Source: Neoechinorhynchus agilis (lineage: Eukaryota; Animalia; Acanthocephala). Taken from it: a stretch of DNA of 64,000 bases. Numbering within the stretch: position 1 is the stretch's first letter; the number at the start of each line of letters is the position of its first letter. Location of the stretch: positions 18,578,784 to 18,642,783 of the forward strand of contig CM121341.1 of the NCBI GenBank assembly GCA_051530055.1, written 5' to 3'. The notes beneath the pieces were generated by a model. It worked only from the letters and a program-made list of their open reading frames with translations, had not been told where the DNA came from and ran no database searches. Of the stretch, positions 11,733 through 23,200 are shown piece by piece. The position numbers were made by a program, and so were the translations under genes.

Positions 11733-14700
11733 ATGAGCTGGCCGGTATTTTCCATATTCGACGTTGACAAAGACTTCCTTGCGATACCAGGATCGTCGAG
11801 TGTTATTTATACCTCTCTTGTGGACGAGAGTAGAATGCTTTATTGCCTTCAAAATGGCAAAATTCTTATTATTGATTGCAAAAATCAGTTGGATAGTTTC
11901 AATGCTTTTGAATTGCAGTTGGTGTGTGCCATTTACGATAAATCGTCGCAGGCATTAGTTACCATCGGTCAAGATAAAAAAGAATATATAATTTTTAAAA
12001 TCTTTAATTTGAAGAGGGAGCGCTGTCCACTTTGTATCCGCAGTGAAGAATTAAATGAGCATCCAACAGCGGTCTCTGTGGATTCTTTAAGCAATAGAAT
12101 GGCGCTAGGAATGGATGGCGGGTCGATTTTTATAACCAAGGGGTCAATCTATAGAGGAATCAAATCTCGTAAGGAATTGTCGGAAACGAAGTATCCAATT
12201 CGTCATTTATTCTTCGCAAAATCGACGGATAATCCATATATTCATCTGTTTGTCATTTCAGATTCGTCGGTATTTCTAATCAAAAATGCACTAACTCGGT
12301 CACTTACGCACGTTTTGATTGAAGATCGTAGTTGCGATGCTTGTTCCCTTTCTGAAAAACAAGAATTAATATTGGCCTCTGGAAACTTAATAACGATTTA
12401 CGAAGAAGATACTAGAAAAAACTCATTAGTCGTTGATAGGACTGTTAAATGTGTCTCTAAGAGTGGCGATTACCAACTTCTTGTCGGATTTGTAGATAAC
12501 ATATTCAGGATTTATGAATTGAAAGGAAAATTTATTGCTCTTGAGTGCAGTCTAAATGCTTGCATTATTCAACCTGTGTCGGAATCGAAATTCAAAATCT
12601 TGGACAAAAATTCTACAATATACACGATTAATCAAAAACCAATAGAAACTCGTTTGGCTATACTTTGCGGAAAAAACAAATCAGAAATTCGGACTGAAGT
12701 TTTTAGCACCATCTTTCACTTTCTATCGCCTTTTCATTTTATGCACGGCAGTTGTTCAAATTTATAGGTTTTTAAAAAGTAGGTAAACTCAATTCTTTGG
12801 TCAAAGGATGAATAAGGCCAGCATTAATTCGATGAAATTTCTGCTGCTCCCAAAGGTTTTATCATATAATTAAATTTCATGCAGGATCGCATTCAGTTGG
12901 AAAGATATTCCTTTTTAGCGGTTCAAACCCCGATAGGTTTTCATGTTATTTAATATTTCGTGGGCAAAATCCACCTCTTCAGATATCTACAAATATTGGT
13001 TATGTTATGGGTTATCTTAGGCTAAGGAGCGCGTGTTTGCCGTAGTTGACACTAGCTCCCCGAACCACGGGTACGGCAAACCCGCGCTCTTTGGCCTCAG
13101 GTAACCCATAAAATAACCAATATTGTAGATATCTGAAGAGGTGGATTTTGTCCACGAAATATCAAATAACATGAATACTTATTGGGATTTGAACCGCTCA
13201 ACAGGAATATAATTAAATAAGATTATAGATCATAGATATTGATGTTTGTTTCCCTGACTCGAAGATGTCCGCATTCTTGATGTAAATACGATTTGGCTAT
13301 CGAACATTGCAAAGCATCCGCTTCGTTAAATCTATTAAACCGAGTTTACTACAATTATGGGAACTATCTATTCGCGCGTGGCGATTATGCTGATGCAGTT
13401 GATCAATATTGTTTGTCGGGTGCCTTGAATGCAATCGCCTTTGATGCTATTGAAAAGTTCATAAACGTCGATCAAGCCAGTCACTTAATTTCGTTATTGG
13501 AAAGAAATATCGATTATCTAGATATAAGTCGTCGCTCGTTGTGTCAACTGTTGAGTCTTATGAGCGGTAAGTTAGCTGTTCACAACACACAGCCCCTCAG
13601 CGATCGGCTAGAGGAGTTGTCAAAAACCAGCAGCGAAGTGGATAATTTTATTGATTTAGTTATCTCAAATAAAGATGACGAAAAGGTTATCCGGACATCG
13701 ATGCAAAACCTTGAACGTCTCGTTCATGGACGACGATTTTCTGAATTGATCCTGCTGATCAATACTGGTCTAAGTGAAGAGTTCGGTGATGAAGTCGAAA
13801 AGGTCATGAAGACGATGGTCGTCTCCGAGTCACGCATTTTTGAACAAATTTTAAAGAATTTCCCTGGACTTAAATTAAAACTACCAACCTTAATGCAATT
13901 TGACCTCGAAACATTCGCTGATACATTAAAGCAAGGTCTTCAACTCATGCCAAATTAGGAATCGTTTCCAATGGCCTGATAGATTTTGCTGTTGATTGGC
14001 AGTTCGTGATAGCTGACGTCAACTAAGAACTTTTTAAAGGTTAACTGATATTTACACTTTAAATGATCAATCGAATTGCAATAACCGTTTATCAGGTATC
14101 TTTTTACGTTCTCAAATATTTTTTGCGTGATTGTTGAAGCTTTTAATGGTATAAGTTATCGCGTTCAGGTCAACACATCAACCTGCTAATATCCGCATAA
14201 AAATTTTGATTGAAGACTTTGCGGTAAGTGAATCCGCTATTGAATTGTCGAACGAAAATAAAAGCCATTATCTGCTAATGAATGAATTATTTACTCCATC
14301 GTCATTGGACGTTACGAAGGCGATCTATACGAATGCAGGATTGGATAGCGAACTCTTGGATGTGTTTATGGATAAAGGAAAATACAAAGAATTGATTGAA
14401 TATTTGCCAAATATAAATGAAAGACGTGATTGGATACGAGTTTTTAAATTTTTTTGCAATCATCTGGACGATGAGTTTTTTGATCGATTATAATTGAGTC
14501 AAAATTGCTAACTAGATCGGTGTAGTTAAATGCTACGAGCTGCTTTGAAATTGGGAATTTACTTTTTGTAGAATTTCTGCTTCCGCGTAAAAATTTGCCA
14601 TCTACTAGATGGAAACCGTAGTCCATCCTTTCCGAGAAATATTTGTTCTCCACTGCAAAGCAATTTAGGACTTCCTTGGTTTTTATTAGCTTTAGCAAAT

Positions 14701-15324
14701 GTATATTAAAAGTCAATTCTGGCTGTTTGAAGCTAACCATTTTGGATACAGCATTATTTTCCGACCAATACAGGTATTTCGCAATTAGCCCGAAAAAAAC
14801 GATTGCCAATAAGTATCGAAAACAATTTCGGCGGATATACTGATTTTCATATTCATGATTACTAATCCTTCCTTTTTCGCAACTTTGACCATCTTTATAT
14901 TCCTCAGTTATTGGACCTTAATAAGTTTATGAATATAATGACATTGAAGGATACAATCTCAATTTTAAGTGAATATGATGTTAATCTTGGACTGGTGCGT
15001 GAATACTTTGCAACAACACTCACTGAGTCGATCAATCAAATCAATGAACAACATGAAAACGTAAAGTCACTGGAGATATCTTTGGATGAAACCGATCTAG
15101 CGATAAATTTGATCGAAAGAGAAGGAGTTCAATATGAATGTAGGAATTGTCAAATATGTAACTCTGCCTTAGATCTTCCGTCGGTTCACTTCATGTGCCG
15201 ACATTCGTTTCATAAAGGATGCTTAGAAGCCTACTCAGAAGATCGCAAGTGTGTTTTGTGCTCAGATGAGCACAAAAAAGTGACTAATCGTGCAAAATCC
15301 TTGCTTCAGTTTTTGGAAAGATAA
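11733..15324 (+). CDS. VPS11: Vacuolar protein sorting 11 (HOPS/CORVET core), 4 exons; proposed join 11733-12679, 13286-13953, 14174-14486, 14883-15324 = 789 aa
   Basis: N-terminal beta-propeller-like region, LCGKNKYDLAI..YGNYLF.RGDY..A..QY repeat region, C-terminal RING CQICNSALDLPSVHFMCRHSFHKGC. Gene identity is strong; exact junctions are inferred (non-GT-AG). Confidence 0.9.
12680..13285 (+). other. Putative non-canonical intron 1 of VPS11 (AT...AA)
   Basis: ATCAGAAATT...TTGATGTAA. Homology places the junction within the duplicated AAAT, with no GT or AG there; an in-frame TGA precedes exon 2. Confidence 0.7.
12905..13210. repeat. Imperfect palindrome (~140-bp arms) of inverted PLE-type pseudo-LTRs, with a hammerhead core in each arm
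   Basis: The arms are reverse complements; CTGAAGA-G-GTGGA..TCCAC-GAAATATC at 13133-13163, antisense copy at 12950-12990. Confidence 0.85.
13954..14173 (+). other. Putative non-canonical intron 2 of VPS11 (AT...AA; an AT...AC end at 14182 is also in frame)
   Basis: ATTAGGAATC...TTCAGGTCAA, restores the frame. Confidence 0.5.
14487..14882 (+). other. Putative non-canonical intron 3 of VPS11 (AT...AA)
   Basis: ATTATAATTG...TCCTTCCTTTTTCGCAA, restores the frame and has a polypyrimidine tract before CAA. Confidence 0.5.
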
Positions 15325-17035
15325 AAAAGTGAAATCGATTGAATGGTAAATGTGATAGAGACGAACCACTCGAGACATTCCTTTTCGGGGTAACATGTAA
15401 AAAAGTACAATTCTCCTCATTGTAAAACACTGCTACCATCGACCGTGACTTGGAACTGAGGATGTCTAAATATGCCGCATTTATGTTCGTACGTTTTCTG
15501 ATGAAACAATCGGGTAAACGGAAATTGGTTGTCGTTGATTGAATTTGTCTCGCCGTCTCATTTAAACGAAATCTTCAATGATAAAATTAGCTATGCGATT
15601 AAGGGACCTATTGATTCGATCGAATAAGGCCCAGAGTGCATGTCCTTGCTGAATTGCATTATTTCAAAAAATGGCACCAAGTTGAAACAGTGCATTTTAT
15701 TGGGATTGGCTTACTGGCGTGCACGTGCAGTGACCTGCAGTTAATAATTTTTAGACTCTCGCGTAACTAGAAAATTTTTTAATGCCTAATAACAGTTCCG
15801 CAATGTTTATTGATTTCAAGCATTGCAAAGCTTATTCAAAACTTTTGCTTTTCACTCAATGCAACATCGCAATTTAGTGTTATCGTTCTTTTTTTCGAAA
15901 TACAATCTTTAATTTTAATTGGGTAGAATTTTAAATGGAGTTTACGTCTCGACAGTTTACCATAAGCCTAGATTCTCGTCACGGTTTTCTGATCATCCAG
16001 CTCTGCTATTATTTAGCAATTTTTGAATTTATAAAGATTTACCAAGATAAAAATAAACCTCACTTAATTTAAACTGTACTTGCTCTCAAGTTTCTGCATT
16101 ATTTGCTCCCATGCTATAAGGACAAATTATATTCTTAGTGAGACACTTTTTGCACCCAATGGCCCCTCGCGTAAAATTGGACTAACATTCCTTGAAAGTA
16201 ACTGTTACAACTAGCAAGCTTCTCCCTTTGCTTGACGCTAAATTTGACCACAGCACGCGGGATCGGATTACTACTTTTCCTAGATTTCAGGAAAAATAGA
16301 AGCTTACAACTAAACTTATTCTAAAAACACTTCCGATCTTCATCGTCCACGTCTGGTTAAACTCTCCGCCACCCAATATCATGGTAACCTCTGGTTCTTC
16401 ATGTACGTCCAACCTAATCAACCACATCCAACCCAATTAGATTGACTCTCCTTATTTGGATCTTCCGATAGCTAAAACATCACGAAAAAAATCGCTATGT
16501 TAATGTAGCTTCGCCTGAGTTTACAGCGACCAATGCCGAAATGGATGTGTCTGAAAATATGAATTTGGATAACAATGAGGTCTATGTGAAAAGAATCAAC
16601 CAAGGTTCTTTCGGATAGAGTACATGGTCTCTTTAAGGGGAGGATCGCGAAACGGGCATGAGATTGACCCTTCCATAAATGGTCTAATGCGATCATCAAA
16701 GCCACAGATTCGCATAACTTCCCCTTGCCACCACACCCTAATTTCATAGCCGGGTCTTTCACTTCCCCATACCTCGATTACTGCTTGTGGAGGAAAGCAT
16801 GATTTCTCAAACACACGGCAATATTACTAACGGCACTTTTTAGAATCTTATTATTTGGGACTTTGATAAAATATCCCTCTAAGAAACGAATCTAAATTGC
16901 CAGCGCTTAACATCAAGCTTTTTAATTCAGCAATCCAACTTTTTGTCGCTGTCACAGATTTGTTCCTTTCGGTTTGATTAACAACTTCCTCGCTGAAAGC
17001 ATTGTCTCCTTTCTCACGGCTACTAGCCGTATGAT

Positions 17036-17293
17036 ACCCAAGGTACTGATAAAATATGGTGAAGAAAATAAGAACTGAGAAATTCGATTTTTATTGTGAA
17101 TTTTCGGCCTTAGCGTAGGCCTTCTTCAGACTATTGTTAAAGTAGTGAGAGATAATAAAGTTATGTAGCTTTTTCGCAATGAAAGTTCGTTAGTTGCGAC
17201 CGAACATTCACAATACAAATCAAATTTCTCAGTTCTTATTTTGTTCACCATATTTTATCAGCAATGTTAAATATATATTCGACCCAAGGTACT
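17036..17293. mobile_element. pLTR fold-back element with 12-bp flanking direct repeat
   Basis: Inverted arms ~17046-17105 / ~17200-17260; ACCCAAGGTACT at 17036-17047 and 17282-17293; minus-strand hammerhead core at 17093-17135. Confidence 0.7.
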
Positions 17294-17299
17294 ACCGTT

Positions 17300-18100
17300 T
17301 TTGCGATAGGAAACTATATGCAGCTCGCTCTAAAGGTGATAAGGCCTCAACGAATTTCGGTCCTCTCTCTATTGGCCTTGTCGTACTAGGCGCCAAATCA
17401 ATCAAGACCGATCGAAAATATCGTCCTTAATGCCATATTCATCGTCCTGGTGGCATACTATAAACTGCCGTAAATTCCGATCCGCAGGTTCGTTGAACAA
17501 AAATGCTAAAAATGATACCGTTTTGGACTCGCTCATTTCACATCATTCCTCAGGTTGTGCTGTTAATCAGGGTGCTCCCAAGTTTATTTCGATTCTTCAT
17601 AGACGCTTCATCTGAAGGCTCTCTATCCTATCGTCACTTCTCTCCTTCCTAAACCAAACTCTTAAGAAAACGAGTCTTGCCGTCAATCCCAACAAGACCA
17701 AGTTTGTTCTTAAATCCAGTTCATAGGTAAGCGGAAAGTGACAGGGTTTGTTGCTCAATTTTACAATCAAGCGGATCTCCCGACTTTCAGGAAAATTGAT
17801 ATTTTAGGTTATACTTTTACTACGAACCTCACCCTGAAAGGCGACCTCAATAATTTTAGCAAATTGTTGAAAATCGCTTCTTCTAAAGCCAAGCGAGCAA
17901 TTAAGCTTGACGGAAATAGGGAAATCATTCGGCGGTCGATCTCGTATTATGCTGGTAAACTCAAGATCCAAGTTATCAATGCCAATTTCTCTAGTAATTT
18001 CAAAGATTTCGCTGTCAGCATGCTGCGACTCCGGTGTAACAATTTCGAGCGGAAATTATGACTCCACGTTTCTGGTTTTCCGGGCTATCTCCGGATATCG
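17300..18100 (+). mobile_element. Degenerate non-LTR RT remnant
   Basis: NQGAP, LAVNPNKTK and ILGYTFTTNL motifs in broken frames. Confidence 0.45.
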
Positions 18101-18129
18101 ATTTGTCCAACGGAGAGGAGTTTGAGCCA

Positions 18130-19670
18130 ACGTTCCGCTGTAGGATTCTATTTCTCAAATCGAGCAAAAATCGATAAAAATGATTCCTAGAGCAGTTATC
18201 AAGGCAAATGTGGACACAAGAAATAACTCACCTACAAAAGATGCTTTTTTCGAGGTATTGAGGTCAAGTTCAGTTCCAACGGCATTTCGAATCAAGACGA
18301 CTATCATTTTCCACGTTACAGCGGCTGTCACAAATGGGGGCACTGGTCCCAGAACTGTATTAACAAAACAATCGTTTCTCCGTTCTGCGCTCAAAATCAT
18401 TGTGGTGAAAAGTACCCTAAATCTGTGAAATTGTGTGCAAACTGCGGTAAATCTGGTCATTTCGCGTTTGCAAGATCTTGTACGGGGTTCAAGAAGTACG
18501 TTATATGGTCACCACAACAAATCTCGATAAAGACAACCTCCTCTTGTCTTCACCGTCCTGTTCCGTTGCGAGAAATTACTCAAACGGGTCCACTTTGCTT
18601 GGTCCACTTTAACAACGATGTTAATTCATCCTTAGACAAAATTATCTGACTTCACGTTTAAGATCCTAAAAATGGTAGATTTGCGAATTAATGCAGCTAT
18701 CCAACATCTAGAAGTACAGTTTTCTAAGCGTTTTGACTTGATGTTAGCAGCAGTTCCATGTTTTCTAAATCGAGCGGATTCGTATAATACGTTTAGTTCA
18801 CAGGTGTTTAAAAAGAGGGTTAAGAAAACTTATACGTCGGACATTATCGATTCCGCGACGGATGTCGATCTGGGCAACAACAAAGAGATTATCAAAAGAG
18901 TTATCGCTGAGCTAACAAAGGTTCTCGAAGGTCCAATACAAGTGTTCACCGAAGGAAATCATAATTTTGCCGACAAGCGCAAAGGCTGGGGCCGATAAAC
19001 GAGCAACGTAAGTTTAGCATTGAGCCATTCCTGAGAATGACACAATGGAATTCTGGTGGCCGAGTGGGAATTCTTAGATTACATGTTGAAATGTCAACAG
19101 GCGAGACAACATTTAATCTTCCTGTGGAGTTTGTTCCCTTATAAATCCATCCACTAGACAATGACTCCCAAGGGTTACTTTCAATGTTTAAAGTTTCCTT
19201 TTATCTTTAAAGATTTCAGAATTCACATCTCCTAACCTATCTTATGCCGTTTTTTCCATGCGCTACACCGGAATGAAAATATTGATCGGTAACGTTTATA
19301 TTCGACCCCGGAAAGATCACCTTCATCCGACTAAAGAAATATCAAAAAATCTGCTCAACTCCGAAGTGGATATGCTCTTTCGAAATTTTAACGGCCCTTC
19401 TCATAAATGGATCAGCGCTATTTGCAGATATACTGAATCACATGAACTTATTTTACCTCCGCATCTTACTTTTACTGCCAACCTGCGTTATTTATACCTG
19501 GATCTCTGTTTTTTCAAGAGGACCTTTCCCGTTAAAAGTGCCGTGGGACACGATCTGATCGCATGGAGCTTTGACAAAAATGTGCTCCTCAGCCGAAAGT
19601 TCAAATTATCTGATTTCAACATACAGCTTTTTAACTGCTGCACCAATTTTTTGAAATTACTGTAGGAATT
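18130..19670 (+). mobile_element. Degenerate non-LTR element: gag-like zinc-knuckle ORF1 plus apurinic endonuclease
   Basis: GCHKWGHWSQNC, CANCGKSGHFAFARSC; MTQWNSGG, IGNVYIRP, FN, TF...LDLCF. Confidence 0.7.
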
Positions 19671-19699
19671 CCTCCCTTAAAGAAATGAATAACTTTTTC

Positions 19700-20010
19700 T
19701 CCGCTACCAGTATGTCCTTTCTTGTTATAGTCCATCGTTCGACCTCTCCGGTTTCTGTTCTTTGATTAAGAGGGGTTCCTTAATTAAGCGTCGAAAGTTA
19801 TTGCGTTCACTTGCTGAAACCATTGCTTGGTCATAATTGAAAACCTGGCCAGTTTGCACCTCGTGTAGTGCAATATTCGAAGATACCACCTTCGGCCTCT
19901 GGCACTGTTTATGTTCTGTCAATCTCGTTTTCAGATTCCGGCCTGTTTATCCGATGTAACTGCTGTTGCATTAGCAACAAGAAACTTTGTAGACTACAGC
20001 TCTCCTTTCT
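19700..20010 (-). mobile_element. Penelope-like GIY-YIG endonuclease remnant
   Basis: VVYKVSCC*CNSSYIG*TGRNLKTRLTEHK...NIALH...RRLIKEPLLIK. Confidence 0.8.
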
Positions 20011-20289
20011 ACCTCCTGGTATTTCCGGGAAATGAAGTTTCCAATCAGCATAAAACGTTCAAAATAAAATTTGCATTTTATCGGCAGACCTCTGTTCTTA
20101 ATTACCTAGAAATTTTGCTACGCCAACAGTTGGTTTGGGTGCCAATGTCCGGCACTCCAATGCGTAGGTCAATTCGATTCATGTCCATGACTTTCTTTTG
20201 ATTAGGTGTTCCTCGCACATTCCACTTTCTCTCGCGCAGATGTAAGAACATCTTTGAAGTCACCCAACTTGCTGAAATTTCGTTTTAAC

Positions 20290-23200
20290 TGTTGGATTTC
20301 GTCATTGAGGCACTCCTCACTGCAGATGTTTTGAGCACGATGCAGAAAGCCTTTGAATATATTAACTTTTGTGCTTTTGTTGTGGACACTGTTCCAAAGT
20401 TAACAGAAACATGGCTTACCCCCTTCAACGTCGATTCAGTCATCCTTCCCGGGTACTCTTCCTTCCATACATACCGCGATGACCGCCCAGGGGGTCTCAA
20501 TTTACTTAAGGCAATCGCTACCTTACTCTTTATCTCTCACTGGCTCCCTTCAAAGCCCTGATTTAGAATTGATCGTAGTTCATTTCATAGTTCCTCTGAG
20601 AAACGGCCTTAGAGAATTTACAATTGCTGGCGTCTATCGCCCTCCGGCCTATCGACCTAGGTCCTCCTTGCTCCAAATTGACTCCATGATGGAGCTCATA
20701 AACTCTACAAATTCGCACCATTTCTTAATTGCAGGGAATCTCAATGATCTATTTCCTCTTCTACCCTTCTCCGAGTTGCGTCAATTTCTTGACTTCCCAA
20801 CTCGTCTTGACGCTCAATGATAAACGTGATCATCACATCTAAATTTTATAAAATTGTTCAACTCTAACATCCGCACATCTCACTCTGACAACACAAATGA
20901 CCCTTCCTTGGCCATGTCCTCACTAACCCCACTCATAGAAAATTCCCTAGCTTCGGCAATTCCCAAGAAATTCATTTGGATCTCCAACCGCGACTTTCCA
21001 TGGATAACCCCCATTCTGAAAATTCTACAAAGGCAAGCTTCTAAGGCCCATCGCAATAACTCCCCAGACTCTCCCCGTTTACAAAAAGCACTTACTAACA
21101 AAATATTACACTTTCGGTGAGAATAATCCCGGTAATTACATATTTTATTTATTCGAAATATTTCGCGAGGTATCCTCGCCTCTTCAGTCATTGTTAGTAA
21201 GTTTTACACTAAGTGTTTAGCGGTTACCCCGATTTTCTAGTAAAAAGCACACGCCCCTACCATCCTTCAACGACTACATTAAGCATCCCTCGCCTCGTAA
21301 ACTAACTCCTCCTTAACCCCTCTCATCCTTGCCTCCACTCATCTCTCATCTGCCTAAAACCACTAATCTGCACCCTACCAAATCTGGAAATTTTCGCTTC
21401 GCCCCTCAGAAGCGAAAAATACCTTGGACGCGAACACTACCTCACCTCTTACCACCACCTATTCAACTCCCAATATCTTCTTGCCCCCCCCCGAGTTCAT
21501 CCCGCATACGCAGTTCCCACCCTTATGGTCCCTACACTCAAATCACCCCTAACTACAGTGTCCACCCACGAATCCATTACCCCCGAACTACCCCATCGGT
21601 CAACTTCCATCCCCCCTCTCTCTACGCAGCTTCAACCCCCTCCGTCAGTGTCCACCCCTCATGTCCCTTCTAAACATCCCTTTCCAATAATCTTTTATTC
21701 TAACATCCGCAGCCTCCTCCCCCAACTCGTTACTTTCCCCACACGCTTCTCCTTCCGCCTTGATAAAATTTTCTCAAACATCAGGCAATGCTCGTGCACT
21801 ACCAAACTCCCCCCGATCGCCTCGTCTGACCATTGTTCCATCCTTCTCTCCCACTCATCACCTCAAAAACGTTCCTTCTCCGACCCCTACGTTGTCTGGG
21901 ATAAGCGTGATCATCATACACACGCCTTTGCTGCATGTGTTAATTCTCTTATCACGCAAAACCGCTTTACCATCTTTGGCACCGACCGCTCGATTGCAAT
22001 GGGCTCTTTGTCAAATCTAATAGAATCTGCGATGAAGGCCTCCATTCCGCGCAAAACTATACGAATATCAAACCGCGACCCTCCATGGTTCTCGCCTTTT
22101 CTTAAAACCCTTCAAATGCAGGTCACCAAAGTTTTCCGGTGAGGCAATCCCGCTTACCCCTCCCTCCACACTGACCAAACGCATCCGAATAGCCCGCAAA
22201 GTATTCCTCTCATCTCGTCTCTCGTCTGTTCCCAATCGAAACTGGTGGCGTGAAATAAAAAATGTCACTGATCGTGGTAGATCAGCCCCCTTCGCATCTC
22301 TCCCCAAATTTGATCTCTTCTCAATCCTCAACACCATGAATAAAAACCTCTGTCCTCCCCAAACCTCCTCTCCATTGTCCCAACCTCCCTTCTCACTTTA
22401 GGACCCGCCCATTCATACATGCCCTTCCTTAGTTTCCCTCTCGAAATCCTAGAGATCCTTAAACGCCTGACCCGCCATTCTTCCCCTATTTCGACTATCC
22501 GAAATTGGGCCATTCGTTTCATCATCCGGGAACTTATCGATCCTCAAACGCACATAACGAACCTTAGCTTTCTATTAAGCTCTTTCCATCGTGGCTTAAG
22601 GAAGCCAGTTTCGTCCCACTACCCAAAAACAATAAACGGATTTCCCCCACATCCTTTCGTCCCATTTCTATCCTCTCACCTTTCTCTAAAATCTTAGAAA
22701 AATGTTTTAAAACCCGCTTACTTCACTTCTTCCTCAAAAACATATAACCTTCCCAATTCGCTTTCCGTCCCAATTACTCTTGTTCGGATGCCCTCCTCTG
22801 CATCTACGATACGCTTGTGCGCAGTTTAGATTCCAATCCAGAATCAACCGTCCGTCTCGTGCAACTGGATATTTCCAGGGCGTTTGAGTCGGTTGATCAC
22901 TCCCTTCTCCTCCAAGCATGTGCTTCCTTTGGCCTCCAAACCTGGCAACTCGCTTGGGTTTCCCCTTTCCTCTCCAACCGCAAACAATATATTCAATGCG
23001 GAACTTCTTGCTCATCTTCTCTACCCATATTTAAAGGGGTCCCCGAAGGCGCCGTACTTTCCCCTCTCCTCTTTGACCTTTTTCTAAATGGCCTTCATCC
23101 CCTCACTCCCCCAACCAAATATTTTCTCTATGCCGATGACCTCACAGTCATTACCATTGCATCTCCGTCTCTCTCCCTCTCCACTACCATGGACGAGCTC

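Noticed and set aside
14487-14497. Fritillaria-like AG...AT boundary for VPS11 intron 3 (AGTCAA...CCAT), or TAA reassignment
   Set aside because: It leaves TAA 14491-14493 in frame; the long TAA-free ORFs elsewhere indicate the standard code, and intron 1 has no in-frame AG...AY option.
14444-14809. 121-aa antisense ORF spanning VPS11 intron 3
   Set aside because: No recognisable motifs; length is compatible with chance.
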